From assembly GCF_001194135.2 (NCBI RefSeq), contig NC_068986.1:58169044-58233043 (forward strand): a stretch of DNA of 64,000 nt, given 5' to 3'. Each line of letters begins with the position of its first letter. Within the stretch, counting starts at the first letter, position 1. Shown one piece after another: positions 52,020 through 63,091 of this stretch. The DNA comes from Octopus bimaculoides (Eukaryota). The notes beneath the pieces were generated by a model. That model was not told the origin of the DNA, searched no databases, and saw only the letters and a list, made by a program, of their open reading frames with translations. Both the position numbers and the translations under genes were made by a program.

Positions 52020-52217
52020 CTAATAAAAGTCTAATACGAAATCCATCTCCTACAGTTAATTAATAATATTACCCTAACTGCCACTGCGGAGTTCCTGAAG
52101 TAGATCCAACGGAAGGGTACCACAACTGCGGATGACAACAGGTAGCCTAAACTGTGCCGGTACTCAAATCAACATTTAAGCACACTAATCGAATTATACT
52201 TATTCGTCCAAATTATT

Positions 52218-52256
<39 letters not shown>

Positions 52257-52924
52257 NNNNNNNNNNNNNNNNNNNNNNNNNNNNNNNNNNNNNNNNNNNN
52301 NNNNNNNNNNNNNNNNNNNNNNNNNNNNNNNNNNNNNNNNNNNNNNNNNNNNNNNNNNNNNNNNNNNNNNNNNNNNNNNNNNNNNNNNNNNNNNNNNNNN
52401 NTATATATATACTAGTTCTAAAATCTCTCTAAGAGATCAACGCAGTAGTTGTACTGACAAGTAATATTCGTAGCCACTTTAACATGGCTGTCCGTTCGAG
52501 CGGACTCTAACAAGAGAAAGAGACCCGTCATCAGCAAACTTCAACAGCCAAGGAACGGACCAAGAGTTCTACAAACAGAGAAGAAGACAGTAATGGTCGA
52601 GGTAATTCGTATAATTTAAGCAAAAATGATCCAAGAGAAATAATTTAGCGTCAGTTGTGGAATGTATTTAAATAACATTACGAAAAGACAGCTTGATTGT
52701 CTGATGACAAGGTAACAGCTATGAACACACTTTTTCCTTCCCTCATTCTTGCTAACTTATACACCTTCACTAATTAAACAGCTGACTTAGATAAAGTAAA
52801 ATTGTACTACTTGTGTTCATGTGCGTTTATTTACAATACACACATGCATGCGTACATACATACATTCATTCATACTTATATATACCTACATACATACATA
52901 TGAATGTCTGTGTATTCATATATG

Positions 52925-52968
<44 letters not shown>

Positions 52969-53029
52969 TGTGTGTGTGTGTGTAAATATTTGGCAATACG
53001 ATAGCTGAAACCAGATGACCAAATTGTAA

Positions 53030-53525
53030 GGAAATGTTCTACTCTATGCACAAGGCCCGAAATTTTGGGGACGGGGACCAGTCGATTAGATCGACCCCAG
53101 TACGCAACAGGCACTTAATTTATCGACCCTGAAAGGATGAAAGGCAAAGTCGACCTCAGCGGAATTTGAACGTAAAGACNNNNNNNNNNTCGACCCTGAA
53201 AGGATGAAAGGCAAAGTCGACCTCAGCGGAATTTGAACGTAAAGACAGACGAAATGCCGCTAAGCATTTCGCCCGGCGTGCTTACGTTTCTTACTTCTTT
53301 ATTTCCCACAAGGGGCTAAACATAGAGGGGACAGACAAGGACAGACAAAGGGATTAAGTCGATTACATCCACCCCAGTGCGTAACTGGTACTTAATTTAT
53401 CGACCCCGAAAGGATGAAATGCAAAGTCGACGTCGGCGGAATTTGAACTCAAAACATAAAGACAGACGAAATACCTCTAAGCATTTTGCCCGGCGGGGTA
53501 ACGTTTCTGCCAGCTCGCAGCCTTC
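53030..53525 (-). mobile_element. Two tandem family A SINEs, the second (53292-53525) with an alternative 3' tail
   Basis: Shared head and core. The tail of the second copy reads (rc) ccctttgtctgtccttgtctgtcccctctatgtttagccccttgtgggaaataaagaag instead of the usual gccttgtgcctatagtagaaagg. Confidence 0.88.
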
Positions 53526-53551
53526 TAGTAAGGAAATATTGAATGAAATAC

Positions 53552-53796
53552 AGGGTGTTCAAATAGTCTCTCCGCAGTAAGTATTTTATTTATAATCTTG
53601 TATAAGATTACAAAAGAATATATTAGATTTTACAAAACTTTACAAACTTTATAAAAAGTATTGAAAGTGTCGTCTTTCATTTTCAATACATAAGTTGACT
53701 CTTCTACACATGTATTGAAATACATCTTGGAAAAGTCTGACTCTTGGAGAGTCAGGATGAAAAAATTCACTGCGGAGAGCCTTTTTGAACACACTA
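53552..53796. mobile_element. Tc1/mariner MITE, 245 bp
   Basis: TIRs cagggtgttcaaatagtctctccgcagt / rc tagtgtgttcaaaaaggctctccgcagt (28 bp, 4 mismatches), flanked by TA at 53550-51 and 53797-98. Confidence 0.88.
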
Positions 53797-53974
53797 TATA
53801 ACAAGCTTCTTTTGAATGAATTGTGAATTCGTTGGATCACGTCGTGGTGTTGATCTTTCTATCCCGCATCCTACCTATTTATCAATCATTTTTATCAGTT
53901 ATTTTATCTACCTGTCTGTTTCTCTATCGAACGGGAGGTTTGTCCTGTTTACCACTGTGTCTACTGTTCTGTGC

Positions 53975-54050
<76 letters not shown>

Positions 54051-54127
54051 NNNNNNNNNNACAAAGAAATATTAAGAAACCGAAAAAATTAAAAAAGATA
54101 TATATAAGGCTATAAAGAGGGATACAC

Positions 54128-54172
<45 letters not shown>

Positions 54173-55059
54173 TGTGTGTGTGTGTGTGTGCGTGTGTGTG
54201 TGTATGCGTGCGTGTATGTATGTTAAGTATTTGTGCGTGTGTGTGTATATACATAGTTCTGGATAGAAAGCAAGCAAATACTTTTGGAAGTTTGTGCAGC
54301 AAAACAAAAATCAAAACGTTAAGAATAAGAAAATCAGCACAAATTAAAAAACAAAAACAGCAGAATAACATTTTTTTAAAGAAAGCAATCAGAACAACTA
54401 CAACATCAAACATGTCGACGACAATATAAGGAGGCGGTCGGTTGGCGTTGAAAGGCCAGCCCTGTTGTCTAACATAGTAGACAGCATGACAGGTCACACA
54501 GTGAGAGAGAACTAGTAGAAAGAATAGGAGGTAGATAGGCGGGGGAGGAGGAGGAGGAGGAGGAGAGTATCAAAGCCATCCTTTGGTGGGTGAGGAGAGG
54601 GAGAGAGAGAGAGAGCTTGTAGAAGAGGTGGAGGGGGAGACGTTAATGCAAAACATGGAGGAAGGGTGGAAATAAAGTAAGGAAGAGAAGAGAAGAGCTC
54701 CAGATTTTGATGCACGCCCCAGTAAGTCCAAAAGACACGCAAGCAAGCATACACATACATGTAACTATGCAGGCACAGTAGCACGCATAGATCACCCAAG
54801 GAAGATACGAACACACACATACACACACATACAAACACGCACATACATACACATACAAACACAAACCTTAGTTAACGAGGGAACGTCTATATGGCTGTCC
54901 AACTTGCTTTAAAGGACAACCAAATCCCGACTCAGTCGACTTATAAATGGAAAGAGACATTAGATAACACAGATTTGTTTGAATCTGGGGAAAGGCAGGA
55001 TGGTCAAAGAAGGAGCGTCTTTGCTCAGTCAGGGTTAGCCGGGAGTCTAACAACCACAA

Positions 55060-55212
55060 TAACAACATATTGGTTTCGAATTTCGGGAGAAGGTCGGTAA
55101 TTTCGGAGGAGCGGGTAAGACGAATACATCGACATCAGTACTCCACTGGTACTTATTTCATCGACCTCCGAAAGGATGAAAGGCAAATTCAACCTCAGCG
55201 GAACTTGAACTA
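55060..55212 (-). mobile_element. Partial family A SINE
   Basis: actggtacttatttcatcgacctccgaaaggatgaaaggcaaattcaacctcagcggaacttgaact. Confidence 0.78.
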
Positions 55213-55245
55213 GGTTCCCCCCACTCTCTCTGTCTCTCTCTTTCC

Positions 55246-55328
<83 letters not shown>

Positions 55329-56178
55329 NNNNNNNNNNNNNNNNNNNNNNNNNNNNNNNNNNNNNNNNNNNNNNNNNNNNNNNNNNNNNNNNNNNNNNNN
55401 NNNNNNNNNNNNNNNNNNNNNNNNNNNNNNNNNNNNNNNNNNNNNNNNNNNNNNNNNNNNNNNNNNNNNNNNNNNNNNNNNNNNNNNNNNNNNNNNNNNN
55501 NNNNNNNNNNNNNNNNNNNNNNNNNNNNNNNNNNNNNNNNNNNNNNNNNNNNNNNNNNNNNNNNNNNNNNNNNNNNNNNNNNNNNNNNNNNNNNNNNNNN
55601 NNNNNNNNNNNNNNNNNNNNNNNNNNNNNNNNNNNNNNNNNNNNNNNNNNNNNNNNNNNNNNNNNNNNNNNNNNNNNNNNNNNNNNNNNNNNNNNNNNNN
55701 NNNNNNNNNNNNNNNNNNNNNNNNNNNNNNNNNNNNNNNNNNNNNNNNNNNNNNNNNNNNNNNNNNNNNNNNNNNNNNNNNNNNNNNNNNNNNNNNNNNN
55801 NNNNNNNNNNNNNNNNNNNNNNNNNNNNNNNNNNNNNNNNNNNNNNNNNNNNNNNNNNNNNNNNNNNNNNNNNNNNNNNNNNNNNNNNNNNNNNNNNNNN
55901 NNNNNNNNNNNNNNNNNNNNNNNNNNNNNNNNNNNNNNNNNNNNNNNNNNNNNNNNNNNNNNNNNNNNNNNNNNNNNNNNNNNNNNNNNNNNNNNNNNNN
56001 NNNNNNNNNNNNNNNNNNNNNNNNNNNNNNNNNNNNNNNNNNNNNNNNNNNNNNNNNNNNNNNNNNNNNNNNNNNNNNTCTACAAAACGACTTCTAACAC
56101 TAATTCTTTGATTTACTTATATAACAACGTCCTTGTGATGCCTCCCTTATCTATGCTCCCGTGACTAATAAAAGAAAT

Positions 56179-56251
<73 letters not shown>

Positions 56252-56254
<3 letters not shown>

Positions 56255-56510
56255 GGGTGAGCTGGCAGAATCGTTACCACGCCGGGCGAAATGCTTACTG
56301 GTATTTCGTCTGCCGTTACGTCCTGAGTTCAAATTCCGCCGAGGTCGACTTTGCGTTTCATCCTTCGGGATCGATGAAATAAGTACCATTTACGCACTGG
56401 GGTCGATGTAATCGACTAGCCTCCTGCACCCAAAATTTTCATGACCTTTTGCCAAGAGTAAAAACAGTAATAATAATAATAGTAATTATTATTATTATTA
56501 TTATTATTAT
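56252..56510 (+). mobile_element. Family A SINE with (ATT)n tail
   Basis: gagctggcagaatcgttaccacgccgggcgaaatgc...gagttcaaattccgccgaggtcgac, preceded by (ACT)n(ATT)n. Confidence 0.88.
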
Positions 56511-56842
56511 TGAAGTGCCGTCAGCCGAACATGTCCGAGATGTGTACAGGACGACGAGACAGTCCTACATGCACTCGTCCAGTGCTCGATCATTGCTGAC
56601 CTGTGGATTTATGTCGAACACCTGCTGTCGCGTGCAGGGCGGATCTGACTGACAACTGAATCGATCGTGAAGATCGCCCCAGTGCCTTCCTTTAACCGAG
56701 AAGAGAAGGCTGTGTTTATATGCCTGGTAGCCATGGCGAAAGAAGTTGTATAGTGGACGAAATTGAAGGGACTAAGGACAAACACTTTCCTCTGACCAAT
56801 CCCTGATCAACTTCTTCAAGTTTCATTTGAAAAGGAAAATAT
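56511..56842 (+). mobile_element. Tx1/L1-clade LINE ORF2 C-terminal zinc-knuckle fragment
   Basis: From 56529: TCPRCVQDDETVLHALVQCSIIADLWIYVEHLL...VFICLVAMAKEVV*WTKLKG..., then SLINFFKFHLKRK. The CxxC-x7-H-x4-C knuckle is typical of L1/Tx1 ORF2. Confidence 0.8.
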
Positions 56843-56845
56843 TAT

Positions 56846-57269
56846 TAAGGCGGCGAGCTGGCAGAATCGCTATCGCCCTGGACAAAATGTGTAGCGGCAT
56901 TTCGTCCGTCTTTACGCTCTGAGTTCAAGTTCCGCTGAGGCCAACTTTGCTTTTCATCCTTTCAGGGTCAATATTATAAGTACCAGTTAAGCACTGGTGG
57001 GTCGATATAATCGACTTACGCCCTCCCACGAACTTGCTGACCTTGTGCCAAAAGTTGAAGCCATCATTGTTGTTGTTGTTGTTAAGGCAGCCAGCCGGCA
57101 GAGTCGTTAACACGCTGGACAAAATAGCAGCATTCCGACAGTCTTTGTGCTCTGAATTCAAGTTCCGCCGAGGTCGACTTTGCCTTTCATCCTTTTTGGG
57201 TCGATGTGATCGACTTCCCCCTCCCCTCAAAAACTACTGGCCTTATGCCAAAATTTTAAGCCATTATTA

Positions 57270-57343
<74 letters not shown>
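56846..57343 (+). mobile_element. Two further tandem family A SINEs ending in a long (ATT)n
   Basis: Both units start taaggc..gctggcaga, at 56846 and 57083. Confidence 0.88.
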
Positions 57344-57570
57344 TTATGTTTGACTTTTGCTTTGCATTTGTACAAGTTGGCTCCAAATCTCACCCAGAGA
57401 CCTCAAGAGACAAGTTAGAAGTTCATGTAGGTGTTATGCCTAGGGTACCATATATTTGGTTTTGTACACAGTGTTGTTCTAGTGAATATTTAAGAAACCA
57501 TAAGAAAATAATGTGTTTGTTTTTAAATTTGAGATTATATAGACAGTATTTTACGTAGGATATGGGCAGT
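57344..57570 (-). mobile_element. Extreme 3' end of a Dong/R4-clade LINE embedded in (TAA)n
   Basis: Minus strand TAHILRKILSI* (57570-57535) resembles the R4/Dong GTAxILRxxL terminus. It is followed by a ~190-nt 3' UTR and (TAA)n, with ATT arrays on both sides. Confidence 0.62.
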
Positions 57571-57575
57571 TATAA

Positions 57576-57607
<32 letters not shown>

Positions 57608-57686
57608 GTTGTTGTTGTTGTTAGTAGTAGTATTGTTGTTGTTACTGTTGTTATTATTATTATTATCATTATTATTATTGTTGTTG

Positions 57687-57784
<98 letters not shown>

Positions 57785-57899
57785 GATGTTGTTCCGGCTG
57801 CCCTTTTCCCCACATTGGGACAGCTATTACTACCAAGACACTGCTTTTCAGAACTTTATGCATGAAGAGATATATCTGTATATGTATTGCTGTCATCTA

Positions 57900-58480
57900 A
57901 GGAGTCGGAGTTGGCGTGAAATTGCTGATTACTTATTAACTTTAAATTAATATAAGTTGACCTCGCAATCTTCAATTTTAGTATTTATTTATTAATTTCA
58001 GATGAAATTATAGCATTATTATTGAGGAGCCTTTCAGTCCAATTCGAGATTGTATATAGCTATTCAGTGTGTATAAAATGTCTTGTCCCTGTAAGCGCAA
58101 TAAAAGGCGTCTACTGAGATTTGTACAAGCTTCGCCCATGTAGATAGATTTATATGCTTAGACGTTGACAATTGTAACGCTGGTATGAGAATTTGTAAAC
58201 TATGTTGGTTACTTTTGCTTCAGTGATCATATTATAGTTGGCTGGGTTTTTTTTAAAGTTTTGTTATGTATTGTTTGGTTGGTGTTATTGATTGAAAGAA
58301 AAAGAAATTGTTTGTCAAGTTTATTGCTTCTGTAGTTTATAAGTTGAACTTCGTCAATAGTGTTGACGCATGAAGTGTTCCGATTAATAATATTTTTGAT
58401 AGCTCGTTCGTCTATTTTGTAGTTAAGAAGCGGTGGTTGTCTGATTTATGTATTTTAGTTTAATATCAGTTGATTCCTTC
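57900..58480 (-). pseudogene. Degenerate Penelope-like GIY-YIG region from a different family
   Basis: Minus strand NYKIDERAIKNIINRN (58424), NIVYKFS (58206-58186), then frameshifted IYMGEACTNLSRRL (~58146), matching the VVYKF...YIG...LSRRL layout of PLE endonucleases. Confidence 0.68.
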
Positions 58481-60559
58481 TCTCAAGGTTTTTAGTTGGA
58501 AGAGGCGGTAGAGCGGCGGAAAACTAAACGTCATACTATATTAAAAAGCGTCCTTCTGCAATCTGATTTAAAATCCCACTGGCGTCGATAAAAAATTTAT
58601 CATTACTAAACTAGGGTCAAATCGATGGACACGCCAGCTCTTAGCTTTGTGAAGATGTGAAAAATCAATCTCACCTCACCAGGTATAAGCATTATTTTCT
58701 TACTATGTAAAAAGAAATCAAAAATTACCATTTCATGTCAATTATTCCTTACATTTTCTTTCCTCGGACAACCAAAATAACAAGTTAGTCAGATGAGCCT
58801 TTACTTATTTCTGTCTACACAAAATATTGAACTTATATTTCAAAAATACCATCCATGTAATACATTGGTACATGCTGTTCCTCTCTGAAAATTGCTTTAA
58901 AGGTGTGCGCGCGCGCGCGTATATATATTTGTGTGTGTGTGTGTATGTATATATNNNNNNNNNNNNNNNNNNNNNNNNNNNNNNNNNNNNNNNNNNNNNN
59001 NNNNNNNNNNNNNNNNNNNNNNNNNNNNNNNNNNNNNNNNNNNNNNNNNNNNNNNNNNNNNNNNNNNNNNNNNNNNNNNNNNNNNNNNNNNNNNNNNNNN
59101 NNNNNNNNNNNNNNNNNNNNNNNNNNNNNNNNNNNNNNNNNNNNNNNNNNNNNNNNNNNNNNNNNNNNNNNNNNNNNNNNNNNNNNNNNNNNNNNNNNNN
59201 NNNNNNNNNNNNNNNNNNNNNNNNNNNNNNNNNNNNNNNNNNNNNNNNNNNNNNNNNNNNNNNNNNNNNNNNNNNNNNNNNNNNNNNNNNNNNNNNNNNN
59301 NNNNNNNNNNNNNNNNNNNNNNNNNNNNNNNNNNNNNNNNNNNNNNNNNNNNNNNNNNNNNNNNNNNNNNNNNNNNNNNNNNNNNNNNNNNNNNNNNNNN
59401 NNNNNNNNNNNNNNNNNNNNNNNNNNNNNNNNNNNNNNNNNNNNNNNNNNNNNNNNNNNNNNNNNNNNNNNNNNNNNNNNNNNNNNNNNNNNNNNNNNNN
59501 NNNNNNNNNNNNNNNNNNNNNNNNNNNNNNNNNNNNNNNNNNNNNNNNNNNNNNNNNNNNNNNNNNNNNNNNNNNNNNNNNNNNNNNNNNNNNNNNNNNN
59601 NNNNNNNNNNNNNNNNNNNNNNNNNNNNNNNNNNNNNNNNNNNNNNNNNNNNNNNNNNNNNNNNNNNNNNNNNNNNNNNNNNNNNNNNNNNNNNNNNNNN
59701 NNNNNNNNNNNNNNNNNNNNNNNNNNNNNNNNNNNNNNNNNNNNNNNNNNNNNNNNNNNNAAGGTGCTTCCACTTCACCATCACCACCACCACCACCACC
59801 ACCACCACTACTACTACTACCACCAGCCAAACACTACCACTACCGCTACCACTACGGCAACAATAATCTCACGACGTTTCACCAATTGTTTTCTATAAAG
59901 ATCTTCCGTAGCTTAGGGAGGAAAAGGTCGAAATCTATTATCGCTATATAATATGGTAACAATAATGAAAACTATTATTACTGATGATAATATTGGTGGT
60001 GGTGGTTACTACTGAGGATGGTGGTAGTGATGGTGGCTTCTATTTTTGAGTGGTTGGTGTTGTTGTTAGTGTTGACAGTGACGCTAGTGGTAGTCTTGAT
60101 AGTAATTTTATCATCTTTTGTCATTGTCAACGGATGCATCCACACATAAGAATGAAAGCACGTGCAGTCACACACACGCACATACAAATTCGAACACAAC
60201 CAATACGCACCCATATTCATGTACACACTGCCGTGTATAAATTTAGATATTTACGTTAAATGTTAATACTCTCTAGTAGTCTTCCCCTAGTAAAGCAATG
60301 CACTGGGGGCTCTATAAAAAACTCACTAGATTATCACGGGGCCTCTTAGATCTGTGGGCTCCTGGGCCCCTGGGAAACTTCCCAGTATGCACATCCTTCA
60401 AGACGTTCTCAACAGTTGAGTTTGTGGCTATTGTTGAAATACCAGTCAATCTGTATTTAGCAAACCTACGACCAATAGCAGTCCATCTACGACTATTCCT
60501 TCTGCTTAGAGCAGACTACATGAGTCAATCTCCCTTGTCTATAGCGGGCGTAACTTGAA

Positions 60560-61080
60560 CGTGATTTGGCTGTTATTTCTAACAAATACAACGACTATAT
60601 AAAAGCATTCACATTGACATATGATATACTGTTGTTGTTGTCGTTGTCATTGATGTACTTTAGCCCCAGGTTTGTTCTGAGTGTTCAAACCCATCATCAA
60701 TAGCCATGGCTATTCCGTCTATGTTTTTTTTCTTCCTTAGTGTACTGCGAACTACATTACGAAGGCCCTGTATAATCTGAGAGAAACTTGGTTGCTATTT
60801 CTAGCAGGTCGAACAACTACATAGAGGCTTCCCTAACTGATTTAAGTACACACGTTGTTGGTGTTGCTGCTGTCGTTATTGTAGTTATTTAGCTCCGACA
60901 AAGAGTGTTATGAATGGTATCCCATTCTAGATCTTATCAGTTTTTCTTATCACGTTTTTCCAAGCGGTGTACGTCATTATTCAATATTTCCTTCCTTTTG
61001 TTAAGACAACAGAGTAAAATTTGAGGGAGATTTGTCTATTTCTCGCGAATCAAATGTCTATGTAGAGGTTCAACCGTTGT
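60560..61080 (+). repeat. Family C repeat cluster
   Basis: gatttggctgttatttctaac, tttagccccagg, ttggttgctatttctagcaggtcgaac and aatttgagggagatttg motifs. Confidence 0.7.
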
Positions 61081-61139
61081 TGGTGTGCTGAATAGTCTAG
61101 CAAATTGCATTCAGTCACTGACCTCTAGTGCAAGCGATT

Positions 61140-61806
61140 TTCTCAGTTATATGATTAAGTTTAATGTGAAATCAGCTGGGTTGTCTGCCCGTTAATCAGT
61201 GCATAGTTACTATTTAGATATTGATTGATTCTTGTCACAACTGATTAATTAAAATTTTCATGGTTAGTTATATTACTGGGTAGTCAGATAAATTCATTCA
61301 TTTCCTTCCAGTGTAATCTTAATTAGCTCAAAAATATTTTTATAGTAGTGCTTCGTAGTTATTTGTAACTGTATTCTTCCTCTACAACTTCTGCTTATCG
61401 ATTATGAAATTTGAATAAAGTTTACCACTTTCAGACATGACAACTGAATACAACTTTTTCAACACCGCAACGCTCATCTCCAAGTCACTAATTTGAGCAG
61501 AATTGCTATTCATGAGCTCGATTGGGAGGTTCTACGGTACTTACCATATCTTCTTAGTATAGCGCCTTTAGATTATTATCTCTCTCGGTCGCTCTCCAAT
61601 TGTCTGTTTTTCGTCCCACAACGACGTGGAGCCGAAAATGCGGCTAGTTGAACTCTTCGAATCAAGAGCTAGTGGTTTCTACTATCAATGTATTGATAAG
61701 CCAGTGGAACATTGGGAAGAAATCATGAACAATGAAGAATATATCATTGACTGATAAAGTTGTTAGCGAAAAATACAAAAGCCAACGAATTTATCAGACA
61801 ACCTAA
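61140..61806 (+). pseudogene. Mariner transposase remnant with 3' TIR
   Basis: LFQHRNAHL...ELDWEVLRYLPYLLSIAPLDYYLSRSLSNCL (degenerate HDNARPH / WEVLPHPPYSPDLAPSDY), then DVEPKMRLVELFES..GFY..IDKPVEHWEEIMNNEEYIID*. The terminus rc ttaggttgtctgataaattcgttggctttt is followed by TA at 61807-08. No 5' TIR seen. Confidence 0.85.
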
Positions 61807-62182
61807 TAATTTAGTCCTCAATTAAGTAATAGACTAATGAAGCTTACTATTTTGGATCAAAAATACGATTCAAACCAATGTTAATAGTTATGGTTTAAGG
61901 CACAGTAACGCCCTCGAAAAATAATTATTAGTGAATTTTTTGCCTCTTTTCTATTTGTTAATGAAATAACAAAATAGTTTGTACCCTCTTCTTTCTTTGT
62001 CGTATTTTAGACAAATTTAAAACGTCTTAATTTTATTGATCATAGTAATTTCTCCATTCCACCTTTTCAAGCCCCTCTGCCTTAAATAGTTTCATGTAGT
62101 CGCCCATTTAACGTTCACACACACACGTGTACATGTGCATGTGCGCGCGCGCGTACGTTTGTGTATATGTGTGTGTTTAAAG

Positions 62183-62420
62183 GGAGCAAGTATGGCTGAG
62201 TAGTTAAGATCAAATTAGAGTTCTTGTATACAAACCCCTTTCACTCTTATCCATGCTCTATATTGTCATAGAAGAAGTTGAGATTTTCACACACACGGGC
62301 ACCAACACTTTACATCAATCTGAGCATGAATCAGCGTGATACAAAGTGACACAAATCACAGCGTGACACAAAGTGACACAGAGTAACCAAGTAGAACCTT
62401 TGAATTAAAAGTACAATCCA
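62183..62420 (+). mobile_element. Degenerate SINE of a probable third family, with a 27-bp internal tandem duplication
   Basis: tRNA-like start gcaagtatggctgagtagttaag; cagcgtga(t/c)acaaagtgacaca occurs twice; ends acctttgaattaaaagtacaatcca. Confidence 0.5.
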
Positions 62421-62479
62421 GGCAGAAAGAATGAAGTTCTATTTACATTTGACAGATATTTGTCCTCATCTTTGTTGTT

Positions 62480-62525
62480 AACACAACGTTTCTGCTGATA
62501 TACACTCCAGCCTTCATCAGGTGTC
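62480..62525 (-). ncRNA. Minimal type I hammerhead ribozyme motif
   Basis: GACAC CTGATGA a ggctg gagtgtatat cagca GAAA C G T T GTGTT. Stem I GACAC/GTGTT (5 bp), stem II gctg/cagc with a mismatched closing pair, loopless palindromic stem III (AACGTT), predicted GUU cleavage triplet. Confidence 0.72.
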
Positions 62526-62572
62526 TTGGGGAAATTTCGAACTTGGGTTCTCATTCCTGAGGTATTTTTCGA

Positions 62573-62637
<65 letters not shown>

Positions 62638-62638
<1 letters not shown>

Positions 62639-63021
62639 TGCCTTTGAACAGCTTCTAACGCTGGAGATGTACTACAGTGTCGCTGTCCACTAGGTAACAC
62701 CTCTTGTTTTTCGAGCACCTTCCGGAGTATTCGAGCGGTTTCAAGCAGTGCTGTTTTCTGTAAGTGCTCCACTCTTATTGCAGCCCCTATTTGTTCCACG
62801 TACTTCTCGAGATTTTTGCTCACTGTTCCCAGGGCTCCGACAATTATTGGTACTAATGCTACCTTTTTCATCGACTTCAACTGCTTAACTTCCTAAGCTA
62901 ACCTGTCATATCTCTTAACTTTTTTTTCTTCCTTATCGCATACTTTGTCAGCTGGACATGCTATATCTATGATCCAACAGAGTTTGTTTTCTTTCTCAGT
63001 TAAGACTATGTCCGGCTTCCT
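62638..63021 (-). mobile_element. 5'-truncated Dong/R4-clade LINE (RLE endonuclease domain and 3' end)
   Basis: RKPDIVLTEKENKLCWIIDIACPAD..DKEEKKVKRYDRLA*EVKQLKSMKKVALVPIIVGALGTVSKNLEKYVEQIG...LQKTALLETARILRKVLE, i.e. the PD..D..K restriction-like endonuclease. Ends directly in (TAA)n. Confidence 0.9.
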
Positions 63022-63091
63022 CACTGCCTGGAATTGAACTCGGAATCTTGGGGTTAGTAGCCCGCGCTCTTAACCACTACGCCATATGCCC
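63021..63091 (-). other. tRNA-derived Pol III head (not a functional tRNA)
   Basis: GGGCATATGGCGTAGTGGTTAAGAGCGCGGGCTACTAACCCCAAGATTCCGAGTTCAATTCCAGGCAGTGA. A box TGGCGTAGTGG, B box GAGTTCAATTCC, anticodon-like loop CT-ACT-AA. The acceptor stem does not pair. Confidence 0.8.

Larger units (their letters stand above)
50778..52065 (+). mobile_element. 5'-truncated Penelope-like element (Naiad-type GIY-YIG) with inverted terminal repeats
   Basis: Frame 50909-51241 reads CSCRDRSKCPLDN*CMTRYVVYKCTV...YVYISVSADIFKNRYRKH...FIW*LKE*...LIW...YNTLSRKYQLCSEE. A ~110-bp repeat occurs inverted at 50778-50886 and in sense at 51957-52065. A microsatellite expansion (~51440-51780) interrupts the 3' region. 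Confidence 0.9.

Noticed and set aside
53123-53246. 57-bp exact duplication within a SINE
   Set aside because: The two copies are separated only by a 10-N gap, so this is an unmerged contig overlap.
54405-54430. Good Kozak context caaacATGtcg after a UTR-like stretch
   Set aside because: The ORF is only MSTTI* and there is no splice donor before the stop.
63021-63091. Possible tRNA gene
   Set aside because: The acceptor stem does not pair and there is no long variable arm for a Ser-type anticodon. It is a retroelement head.
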